A DNA stretch of 25,637 bases from Vicugna vicugna (Eukaryota): NCBI GenBank assembly GCA_013265495.1, contig MU057615.1, positions 310,001 to 335,637 on the forward strand, read 5' to 3'. The position numbers were made by a program, and so were the translations under genes. Numbering within the stretch: position 1 is the stretch's first letter; every line of letters begins with the position of its first letter. This document shows positions 1 to 10,163 of the stretch, one piece after another. Below the pieces are notes generated by a model. That model made no database searches and had not been told where the DNA came from. It was given only the letters and a program-made list of their open reading frames with translations.

Positions 1-266
1 ATGTTTCTGTATTCTTCATTAAGTTGAGGATACATTCCTCTCTTTCTAGTTTTCAAAGAGTCTCTATCACAAATGAGTGTTAACTTCTGTTTAAAGGTTT
101 TCTGCAGTGATGGACATGATGTACTTTTCCTTTTTAGCCTGCTTATATGGTAGACTGCAGTGGCTGATTTTGAGATGTTGTACTGTTACTAGAATGAACC
201 CCATTTCAAAATGCTTCATAGTCGTTTTTAAAATAAATTACTCAGTTCAATTTGCTATTTTAAAAA
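1..266 (-). mobile_element. Ancient L1M ORF2 fragment (left part, interrupted; continues at ~2241)
   Basis: Decayed match to antisense L1 ORF2 (aagttgagga..ttcctctct..tttctgca..gaaccccatt..tttgctatttt). Alignment resumes co-linearly at 2241. TATTTTAAAAA occurs at 256-266 and 2244-2254. Confidence 0.7.
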
Positions 267-918
267 ATTGTGGTAAAATACACAAGATAAAATTTTAAAC
301 ATTTTTACATGTAAAGTTCAGTGGTGTTAAGTACATTCACATTGTTGAACAATCAATCTCCACAACTCTTTTCATCTTGAGGGAACTCAAAATCTATACA
401 CATAAAATAACAACTCCCCATTCTCTGCCATCCCCAATCCATGGCAACCATTGTCTGTTCCAGCTGTATAAATCTGACTATTTTGGATACCTTATATAAG
501 TAGAATCAGACTATTTTTTTTTATTGTTGTTACTGGCTTCTGTCACTGAGCATAATGTCATCAAGATTCACACATCATGTATTATGTGTCTGAATTCCCT
601 TTCTTTTTAAGACAGAATGATTTTCCATTGCATGTATATACCACATTTTGTTTATCCATCCGTCAGTGGCCACATGGGTTGCTTCAACCCCTTGGCTATT
701 GTGAATAATGCTACTATGAACATAGGTGTACAACTCTCTCTTCAGGACCCCACTTTCATTTCTTTTGGGTATGTACCCAGAAGTGAAATTGCTGGATCAA
801 ATGGTAATTCATTTTTTAAGTTTTTGAGTTATCTCCATACTGTTTTCTATAGCAGCTGCATCATTTTACATTCCCACCAACAGTGCACAAGAGTTTCAAC
901 TTCTCCATATTCTTGCCA
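267..918 (-). mobile_element. L1MB3-like 3' end (5'-truncated LINE-1)
   Basis: Starts ttgtggtaaaatacac.. and contains aagttcagtggtgttaagtacattcacattgttg and tacattcccaccaacagtgcacaag, typical of the L1MB 3'UTR/ORF2 end read antisense. Confidence 0.85.
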
Positions 919-926
919 TTATTGTC

Positions 927-1275
927 TTTTTTATTGAATGAAAGATTCTTTAAATTTTATAGTGCTCTACAGTTTTCAAAAGTTTTACACACGTGATTTC
1001 ATATAATCCTGTAATAACTTCTTTTCCCCACCACTATGTTGTCCTCCACTTTCCTCTCCCCACTGCTAACCACTGCTTTGTTCTGTATGTATGTGTCTAC
1101 TTCTTTTTTTGTTTTATTCACCAGTTTGTTGTATGTTTTAGATTCCACATATAAGTGATATCAAGCACCATTTTTCAATCTCTGATTTATTTCACTTAGC
1201 CTAATGCCTTCCAAATCCATCCATGTTGCTACAAATGGCAAAATTTTAACCTTTTTATGGTTGAGTAGTATTCTA

Positions 1276-1325
<50 letters not shown>

Positions 1326-1998
1326 GTGTATATATATGTGTGTGTGTGTATGTCTCACGTCTTTATCCATTCATCTGTCAGTGGGTCAGTGGGCACTTAG
1401 GTTGATTCCATATCTTAGCTATTGTAAATAATGTTGCAGTGGACATTGAGGTGCCTGTATCTTTTTGAAGTAGTAGTTTTTTGTTATTTTCTGATATATA
1501 CCCAGGAGTGGAATTGCCTCTAGGTTATACAGTAGTTCTACTTTCATTTTTGTGAGAAACCACCAAATGTTTTCCATAGTGGTTGCACCAATATACATTC
1601 CTACCACAGTGTACTAGGGTTCCTGTTTCTCTACATCCTTGCCAACATTTGTTATTTGATTTTTTATGATGATAGCCATTCTGACTAGTGTAAAGTAATA
1701 TCTCATTGTGGTTTTAATTTCCATTTCCCTGATGATTAGCAATATTGAGCATCTTTTCATGTCCCTGTTGGCTGTCTGCATTTCCTCTTTGGAAAAACGT
1801 CTATTCAGTTCTGCCCATTTTTCACTTGGGTTTTATTTTTGATGTTGAGTTGTACAAGCTGTTTATATATGTTGCACGTTAACCCCTTATATATCACATC
1901 ACTTGCAAATATCTTCTGCTTTTCTTTAGGTTGTCTTTTTGTTTTGTTGATGGTTTCCTTTGCAAAAGCTTTTAAGTTTAATTAAGTCCCATTTGTTT
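927..1998 (-). mobile_element. Laurasiatherian-type L1 3' portion (non-inverted part of a 5'-inverted insertion)
   Basis: T-run then ttattgaa (AATAAA on minus strand), gattccacatataagtgatatc, and antisense ORF2 C-terminus ending tttaagtttaattaagtcccatttgttt at 1998. Confidence 0.9.
1276..1353. repeat. Compound microsatellite (CA)22 + (TA/TG)n; 78-nt purine-pyrimidine alternation
   Basis: Read directly: (CA)22 at 1279-1322, then tatgtgtatatatatgtgtgtgtgtgtatgt. Confidence 0.97.
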
Positions 1999-2238
1999 CA
2001 GTGGTGCTGGGAAAACTGAACAGCTACATGTAAAAGAATGAAATTAGAACATTCTCTAACACCGTATTTAAAAAAAAAAACCCTCAAAATGGATTAAAGA
2101 CCTAAATGTAAGACTGGATACTATAAAACACCTAGGTGGAACACACTTTGATATAAATAGCAGCAATATTTCTTGGATCTGTCTCCTGAAGCAAAGGGAA
2201 CAAAAGCAAAAATAAATAGATAGGACCTAATTAAACTT
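1999..2238 (+). mobile_element. Inverted 5' segment of the 927-1998 L1 (ORF2 fragment)
   Basis: Sense ORF2 with stops and frameshifts: WCWEN*TATCKRMKLEHSLTPY..SKWIKDLNVRLDTIK..KAKINR*DLIKL. Its outer end overlaps the start of the non-inverted part. Confidence 0.9.
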
Positions 2239-2240
2239 GC

Positions 2241-2537
2241 TATTATTTTAAAAATTAATTTTGCATCCTACTTCATAAGAATGTTGGTTGTATTTTTATT
2301 TTTGTGCTGTTTTTCTTGGTTTGGTATTTAGATGACATTGACCTCATAAAATCATCTGGGAACTGTTCCATCCTCATATCTTCTTTGAAAGATATTGTGT
2401 AAAATTTGTATTAATGTTTGGTAAAATCTCCATCAAAGCCACAAGGGACGTACCTTTCTTTTCCAGAATCTTTTAGAGTTAATGGATTCAAGTTCTGTTA
2501 TAGTTACAGACTACTCAGGTTAACTATTTTATATTGG
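2241..2537 (-). mobile_element. Ancient L1M ORF2 fragment (right part of the 1-266 element)
   Basis: ttttgcatcc..ttggtttggtat..acctcataaaatcatctgggaactgttccatcctc..aatgtttggtaaaat continues the antisense ORF2 alignment. Confidence 0.7.
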
Positions 2538-2559
2538 TCGACTTCTAACAATTTATCTC

Positions 2560-3500
2560 TTTTTGTGGATCTGAGTTACTACAGGATCTTTTAATTTCAA
2601 CCTTTATTATTTCTTGTAAGGTACGTTTGCTAGTGACATACTCTCCCAGTTTTAGTTTCTCTGGAAATTTCTTGACTTCTCTTTTTTTTTCAAGTTATGT
2701 TTTTGCTGGATACAGAATTCTTGGTTGGCAGTCTTTTTCCTTCAGTACTGCCCGTCCATAAGTCATCCCACGTCCTTCTGGCCTCCGTGGTTTCTCATGA
2801 GAAGTCTGCTACAATTTTATTTAGGCTATTTTGTACACGATAGGCTGCTCTTTTCTTGCTGTTTCCAAGATTCTCTCTTGGTCTTCAGCATTCACCCATC
2901 TTGACAGTAATGTGTCTAGCAGTGAACCTCTTTGAATTTGTCATACTTGGACCTTTAGTTATCTTACTTGAAGTTCATTGAACTTGAAGTTCATTGAACT
3001 TGGATGTATCAGTTAAGACTTTTCATCAAGCTATGGAAGTTTTTGGCCATTATTTCTTCACATAATCTTGCTGCCACTTTTTAAAAATCTCTTCTACTTT
3101 TGGAACTCTGATTATGCATATATTGTATGCTTAATGGTATCCCACACGTCTCTGAAGCTCTATTCATTTTTCTTACTTCTTTTTTCTTTCTCTTCTTCAT
3201 ATTGGATAATCCCAATAGATCTGTCATCAAATTCACTGTTTCTTTCTTTTGAAAGCTCAAATCTTCTCTAATGCTCCTGTGGTGATTTTATTTTAAATAG
3301 CAATTTGTACTTTTCAGATCCAGAATTTCTGTTTGGCTCTCTCTTTCTTTCTCTCTCTGTCTTTTTTTTTTTTTAAATACTTATATATCTTTATTGATAA
3401 CTTCTATTTAGTGAATTATCTTTATCACACTTTCCTTTAATCTTTTAAGCATGATTTCCTTCAGCTTTTTGAATGTATTTATAACAGCTGGTCTGCTAGT
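2560..3500 (-). mobile_element. Ancient L1M ORF1 region, antisense
   Basis: tttttgctggatacagaattcttggttggcagtctttttccttcagtact..cttctggcctccgtggtttctcatgagaagtctgct..tttggccattatttcttca, the usual antisense ORF1 signature of old L1M elements. Confidence 0.8.
2966..3002. repeat. 16-bp tandem duplication (acttgaagttcattga x2.3)
   Basis: Exact copies at 2966-2981 and 2982-2997, partial copy at 2998-3002. Confidence 0.95.
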
Positions 3501-3576
3501 ATTGTATTCCCTAATTTTTTTGTCTGCAAATCATACCCTCCATCATTTTTTTCTGTCATACAATTTTGTAACTAGA

Positions 3577-3956
3577 CTTTTTTATTTGGAGATAATTATA
3601 TATTCACATGTAATTGTATGAAAGAATACAGAGTCTTCATGTACCCTTTACTCATTTCCCCCAATAGTAAAATCTCACAATAATATAGTACATTCCCAAA
3701 ACCAAGATACTGACTTTGATGCAGTCAAGATAACAGAGCATTTCCATCCTCATAGGACCCTTCATATTACTCTTTAATAGCAGCATTCACTGCCCTCCTA
3801 TCCTTAACACTTGGCAACCACAAACTTGTTCTCTATTTCTGTAATTTTGGCATTTCAAGGTTATGTACATGGTATCACACAGTATGTAACCTTTTTAAAT
3901 TGACTTTTTTTTTCAACCAGCATAATTCTTTGAAATTCATCCAGAGTGTTGTATCG
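3577..3956 (-). mobile_element. L1MC1/L1MC2-like 3' end
   Basis: ttttatttggagataattat..catgtaccctttac..cagtcaagataacagagcatttccatc..ggcaaccac..cagtatgtaaccttttt..cagcataattct. Confidence 0.8.
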
Positions 3957-4229
3957 CTGCATCCATAATCACTAAAACACATTTATATATGTATATCCAT
4001 TCATATAACAGAAATCAGTGAACTAATGAGCTCATGAATTTAGGTTCGTGGGAAAAATAAGGGGGGAACCAAGTGTACTTTGAACATGGGAGAGAAGAGA
4101 GTGGGCTTCATGGGCTGTTTGTTGAGCGCTCTTAATGCAGAGGTTCCACAGTGCTGTGTGTTTGCACCAGCCCTCACCTTTCCTCAAGCTCCAGCTCAGT
4201 TAAGGACTAAGAGTGTGTGTCATGAGTAA

Positions 4230-5560
4230 TTTTTCTGAAGAAGGTAAATATTTTGACTTCTCTTAAGGAGGTAAAAATTAAACTATTCCTTTCTTCAGTA
4301 TTTATTGCTCTATATTCAATCTTGCATGTCCAGTTGTAAATGATCTATTTGCTTTTTTTAAAAAAAGTCTCACAGTGAGATAATTATTCTTTGTTTTCTG
4401 CTTATTGCAAGTTGCAGTGAAGTGAATATAATTAATTGCAGTTGTTTTTAATGTTTTATCTAAATTTGTTCTACATTAATCCTTTCAAGTCAAAGCAATC
4501 AGCAAAGTGAAGATGCATAAATCCCTTGAGAACAAACAGAAAATGAGGCAATAAATAGATTATAAATCATAATTTACCCATGTTAACAATGTTTAGAAAG
4601 AAAAGTTTTATGAATAATAATGAGCCCTTTCAGAAAGCTTGTGTTTATAATAATTCATGTTTAAAACACAGTCATTGATTGCAACAAGCCTGCTGTATCA
4701 CCTTGTGTCGATCCCATATACCTCGAAGGTTTTATTAATGAAGGGAAAAAATTATAGCGGAAGAGCTTGACAGAAGTTATGTCAGTTAGGGGACAGCAAA
4801 CTTTTCTGCAGTTTAGAGATATTATGGTGATATTTATAATTAATATGAGGGTGCATATTTTAGGGGAAAATAATTTTTTTTAAAGAAAAAGTAGTTAGCA
4901 CGTGTGGGCTAACATTAGAAGTGAGCTGTCACTTGTGCTAATGTAGCACAAAAAAATCCTTCAAGTTGCAGTTAAAGCTTAAATCACATTTGACTAGATA
5001 ATTTTAATGTTTGCTTTCATATTTAATTGAGTTCTAATCTTAAAAAACACATTCATATCAGTGTGCCTGAGTCGTGGTTGATTTTAAGATAGAGCCTTAC
5101 GGAGTGAGCAGAGAGTGTGAGTCCCAGCGGCTGAAGCCGGCCGGCAGATACAGTGATTTCTTCACTTTGCACTTCTGCCGAACTGAAGATGCACCCCTCT
5201 CCACCTCTCCCACAGCTGTTTTTACATATTTCTATTTTTCTCCCAAATATTTTTCACTTTGTTAATGTTCACGTTTCGGAGGACTAATCTGAATAAAACC
5301 TCTACCAGGCATCTTTTCTGGTGTCTGATTACAGGAGATTAAATTAACACGGATAAAATGTGCAAGGTGAATTCCCTCAGAAATAATGACCCTCATCATC
5401 TTTCTTATCTTTAACTGTGAAGGACTGTTTTGGCTCTTAGTGGAAATCGGTGATTCAAATACTGTGTAGCCTATGCTGAACCAACTTTTTTATCTTCAAG
5501 CAGCTTAAAGTTTATAGAATAAGTATGTGTGCTAATTGTTTACAGTAAATGAGATAAGTA
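4230..5560. promoter_or_regulatory. Candidate conserved non-coding enhancer block A
   Basis: No repeat recognised, AT-rich. Contains ATGCATAAAT (4513-4522), PBX-HOX ATAAATCA (4562-4569), SOX AACAATG (4585-4591), MEIS TGACAG (4768-4773) and many TAAT cores. Conservation cannot be seen from this sequence. Confidence 0.35.
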
Positions 5561-6222
5561 TTTGTTTCTATGTCTTCTCTACCCTTGGGGTAAGTTCACG
5601 TCCTCCTTCTTGTCCATGAGTTTCCCTAGGCGCTCGTCACGTCTTTATCCCTGGCTGTTCCTTGATACCTGCCTAATCGTTTCTGCCATAGTTTAGTGCC
5701 CTCGCACATACCTGTGGACAGCCCACCCTTCATTCTAGTGAGAAGTGGGTTTTTGAACAGCCTGGAAGGAGTGTCATCTGAAGAAAGGCTCCTTTCAATT
5801 CTGGAAGAGGCCCAGGCCCCGCTACAGGAGTGCTTTGAGGGACAGGACTAGGTCACGTGTCTTAAACAAACCAAACATTTAGACACGGGAAGTTCAGAGG
5901 AATCTGAGGACTGGAGAGGATGCGCTGCTGAGGCGGTGAAGTTTTCATTTCACCCAGTTAGCACCTTGCATCCCTCGACTTGCCGCCCATCGCACTGCTT
6001 GTCTGGGGCTGTCGGCAGCACAGAGACCTGCTGTGCTGAGCAGTGACGTCCCACCCCGAGGACTTTGAGCACCTGCTGTCCGCAGGGGCGCCAACATTCC
6101 TGAGCTCAGATTCCTTTGCTTTCAAGTGATGTCTCTGCCTTGTGTTCTCCCGCTGCTTGGCATCCTCCGCATGGAACTCTTCCCTCCTTGCTCTTTGGAA
6201 ATAGGTGTCCGTCTTAAAACTA

Positions 6223-6373
6223 ACAGCAATTCCTCTTCTGGGAATTTATCTAAATGCCAGGAGGCATGCGGATGAATATTGGAAATGACTTCATTGTGCT
6301 TATTTGAGAAAATTCAAGCTAAGTGATTGTTTAATAGAATTCTAGCTCGGCCGTTTAATGAAATTCTCTGCAG
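6223..6373 (+). mobile_element. Highly decayed L1ME-like fragment
   Basis: cagcaattcctcttctgggaatttatcta..gattgtttaatagaatt..aatgaaattctctgcagc. Confidence 0.5.
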
Positions 6374-6527
6374 CACTGGTTCTCACCTGGAGGCAGCCCC
6401 ACTCCCCCAGAGGACATTTAGAAATGCTTGTAGGTGCTTTTGATTGTCACTACTGGGACGGCGTGCTACTCACATCTGGTGGGTGGAGGCCAGGGATGCT
6501 GCTAAAGTGCTAAAATTGAGAAATCTG
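6374..6527 (+). mobile_element. MER20 (hAT-Charlie non-autonomous DNA transposon), internally deleted
   Basis: cactggttctca..cccccagaggacattt..ttgtcactactggg..tgctact..gtgggtggaggccagggatgctgctaaa then jumps to the terminal gtgc..ttgagaaatctg. Confidence 0.85.
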
Positions 6528-7774
6528 GACCTATCCTTAGCTGCCTTTCTCCTCCTTCAGGAGGCATTCAGCCCTCTGCAGGCAGTCAGCACCGCTACCA
6601 CACATTCCCAGTGATCTGCAGTTGGCCGGTGGCTCCCAAGTCCACTCCTTCTCTCCCCGAGGCTTCTCTCTCTCCAGTGCGTGGGCTGCGTGGAGGGTTC
6701 TGTGAGGGAGCAGGCTCTTCCGTCCCTAAAAGTCACTTCCTCCTCTCCTCCCGCATCACCTCCCATCACGCAGCCCTTCAGTTCCACAGGCTCACTGGCC
6801 TTCATAGGGTTTCTCCCTTCTCTCCTGCTTTTATACATTCACATTTCTTTTATCGTAAATATCGACAATCTTATTCCTGGGCCATCTCTTCCTTCCTTGT
6901 CCATTTCTGTCCCCCACCGCAGCCTGTGCTTCCCTTGGGCCCTTGCTCACCAGGGTCAGTGCCACTCTCTCCAGTGGGGCCTCTACGTCTGTCCTCTCAT
7001 TAACAAGAGTCCTATCTTAAGTGTTTTTTCTCCTACTTCTTTGTCTTCAGCAGAGGTTCCCTCTCCGTCAGGCTCCCTGTAGCCTGTCACTGAAGCCGTG
7101 TGGCTGGCGGGCCCGGCACAAGCTTGACAAACAACGGGCACAGTTAAAACCGCTGTCCTCACCTGCGTCCCCACGTCCTGGGCGCCTGCTCCTGGGCGGG
7201 CTCCTTAGGTCCTGGCGTGCCAGTTCCTGCCTGCGGACTTGGGTTACTTAAGTTCCTGTGGGGCTTTTGAGAGGGTTCGATTCTCTGGTGAGTGTGAAAG
7301 GTCTTCGCTCTCAGGACACAAGTGGAGCACCCTCCCTTCTCCCCAGTGGGCCGCCTCCGTCCTCACTGCTCCTCGCAGTCTGGCCGGTCCGGGCGGCTGC
7401 AGGTTGCTTCCTTGGCTTTGCGGTCATTTTTCTCTCCATGGGGAATGTTCTTTGCCCCCTTTCTGTTCAGGGACTGCAAGCCACTGCCCCCACCCTGTCC
7501 TCTGGGAGCGCTGTCAGGGTGCTTGGCTGTGACGGTAGCGTTATTAGCTAGAGGTGATTCTTCTGCAGAGAAAGGCTTTAAGTGGTTGGGGAGAAAAACT
7601 TGTGCTGATGCCCACTGTTCACAGTTCCTGGGGAAGCCTTTCACCCTTCTCATGCTGCCACACCTCCCTTCTTCCAGGCACGATGCTCCCCTTCCTCCCT
7701 CGTGCCCGTCCCACCCCTCTGCCAGAGGCGCTGGCACACTACGACTTGCACGTGTAGGTCCCAGTGCTGCGGAG

Positions 7775-7890
7775 GCCACAGTGACAAGGGCTTTGACACT
7801 TGGCTGATGTGAGTTCAAACCCTGCCTCTGCCCTCAATTCTCTGACTCTCATGTGCAGAATGGAGTAGTAAAGACCATGCCTCAAGGAAG
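7775..7890 (+). mobile_element. MIR fragment
   Basis: gagttcaaaccctgcctctgcc (B-box region)..ctcatgtgcagaatggag..cctcaagg. Confidence 0.55.
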
Positions 7891-10007
7891 CAATAGCAGA
7901 GTGAAGCCCAGGGCTGGCCCCTAGCCTTCAGCATCCCCAGCTGTGCCTGGAGTCAGAAGGCACAGAGACAACGCCTCGGCAAGACGGTCAAGGCCCTTGA
8001 CAGCAGGGGAGGAGGCTCAGCACAGGAAACAACACCGTGGTACGTCTAGCCTAAAATGATGTGGTTTGGTTCCAACTGAAGATGGCGATTGTGAGCAAAA
8101 GTAACTTTCTTTGCTACAAGGAGCTGCACACTCACAGCACAAGTGGAGGGAGGGAGGCAGTGCCTCCTGGATGGATGTGTAGGGGGAAGACCTGGAGGTC
8201 AGGGGCCCTCTGAGCCCATCCCTGCTTCAGCGTGAGGCACTTCCACGCCCCATGGCGGAGCTGGAAGTTGGAGCTGTTGCTCACAGGCATGCTCTGATTT
8301 AGTGAGGGGAAAGTGGGGAGCTCTTGAGAACCAACTTCACACCAAGAGGCAGAGTGCAAAAGGCAGCTGTCTTCCAAGAAGAAGACATGTGACCTCATGA
8401 AACAGGCCTTTGACACCTGCCACAGGGCTTGCGCATCCACAGTGAGAAAGAGGGAGTGACCTGGGAGCAGGAAGGCTGCAGTGAGGGCCTCCCTGCGAGA
8501 GGAATGCCCTGACTCGGGAGGCTGTGGATGCAGCCAGCTTCTACTCCAGCCCTCCAGCCACGCCTCCCAGCCCATGTGGCAGCGCCACCTCTGTGCCACC
8601 AGGTAGTCTGATGGTCCTGCTGGAAGGTCTTCAGCCTCACACCAGAGTGGGCCCCAAACAGTCCTGGACCCCCTGGTAAGCTTTCTGAGGAGGAATACCT
8701 TAATGAATAATTGAATAAACACACAAATGATAATTTTTTAATTACTAATAAAATAATTAATCAAAAACACAATTTTGACCTAAAATACATTTTTCTAGAA
8801 GAAAAAAACTCCAAAACAATCATGGCACAAAATACAGCAATCTTTGAACTAAAGTTTATGTTTTAAAAATCATCTGACCATTCCAGTTGGAGCCAGCAGG
8901 AAGCAGGCACAGACGGACACCAGTGCCCAGGGAAGGGGCCGCCATGACGACTCAGGACCTGTGTCCAGAAGCCAGGCTCCAGCCCGGGCCCAGTGGGCTG
9001 TTGCATGAGACACACGTGTCCCTGTGGACACGAATGTTACACACACAGTTCAGATTCTGAACACTCGTATACTTCACCTCTCATGAGGAACACACCTCTC
9101 ATTATGTTGTCGCTGATTTCTTTTTACCAGCATGTCGGTGTGGCGAGCCTTCCTTGGTGGAAATGAAGAATGGCTCAATTAACCTCAGACCGACTTGCCT
9201 CTTGCCCAAAGGCGAGCTGCGTTGGCAGCATCCGCACCTCCCACCTGTGGGCTGACAGCGCCCTGCGTGCCTTCTCCTTGGCCCCTGTGGTCCTGGTGCT
9301 TGACCCGCCCTTACGTCCTGCAGCCTCTCACCACAGCTCCCCCTGAGCTTTTGCACCCATTTCTCTTCATGTCTGTCGACCTTGGCTGCTTCTACCTTTG
9401 GTTTCTCTGTCTGTACCTGATTTCCTCCAGGCTTTCTCAGTTCCCTGTTACATTCTTCATCTCTTCGACTGGTGAGCACTAAGGAATAAATGATTCAGCT
9501 TAGTCTCTGCAACTGGCCCTGAGTTTTACCTGCACCTGTAACGGGGCGTAACTGACCACCATCACCAAGGGATGGGACTCCCAGGTGCGTCCTTGTAAGC
9601 AAGGTAGCAGAACAAGGAGAGTTATTTAGACTTTCAGTAAGTTCCTGTGTAGCCAAATGATAAATTGTACGTGGGCAACTTTGTCTAGTCCATTTGCACA
9701 AGGCTGTTTCCAGTCTTATTTGCACTAACGGGAAAGTACAGCTTCAAGGTAAGAAGAGATAGTCATCAGATTCAATTCCCATATCACACCTGCCTGACAA
9801 AAGAGGGGCTTTCATCACCGGTGTTTAGAATTGCAACATGTCAAGTTGCTTTTCTGACAAAAAGATTGGAAACTTACTGACAGAACTTTGTAGGAGAGAC
9901 TTCCTGGGAAGAACAAAGTTCCCTTGATGTTTTGAAAACACCGCAAGGGTCATGCACTTTTAAGTGTTTGACTTAAAAGTAATTCTTGAAGATAATTTAT
10001 TTTCCAG

Positions 10008-10163
10008 TTAACTTACACATCGAGGTGTTACCATTCTGGATATAACAGCCAAGACCGCCAAGAATATCAAGTGTGATCTTCTGACATCGAAGACTTTCAT
10101 TTTCAAAAAAGAAATGACAATACACTTCTGCAGCTCGCTGCTGCGGACGGCGGACGCGTCCCT
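10008..10163 (+). other. Possible 156-nt non-coding exon
   Basis: Acceptor tttattttccag| at 10007, branch-like ttgac ~35 nt upstream, donor CCT|gtaagt at 10164. Stops occur in all three frames. Confidence 0.2.

Noticed and set aside
107..3271. ORFs 107-298, 617-937, 1161-1431, 1419-1607 and 3068-3271
   Set aside because: All lie in decayed L1 fragments or the CA microsatellite. They are antisense or broken ORF2/ORF1 remnants, not genes.
4670..4690. cattgattgcaacaag resembling a MER121 end
   Set aside because: Too short, and I found no matching opposite terminus.
7000..7740. Possible CpG island or L2 remnant
   Set aside because: CpGs are only patchily elevated, and the L2 resemblance is limited to short words.
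6557..7818. Stack of overlapping ORFs on both strands (up to 161 aa)
   Set aside because: GC-rich, stop-poor DNA, mostly non-ATG starts, P/S/G/R-biased, with no recognisable domain or coherent exon structure.
8132..8722. Longest ORF (196 aa, minus strand)
   Set aside because: GTG start and no recognisable homology; expected by chance at this GC content.
9190..9480. Pyrimidine-rich stretch with ORFs on both strands, possibly an old LTR
   Set aside because: I could not assign a family or termini, and the translations are unrecognisable.
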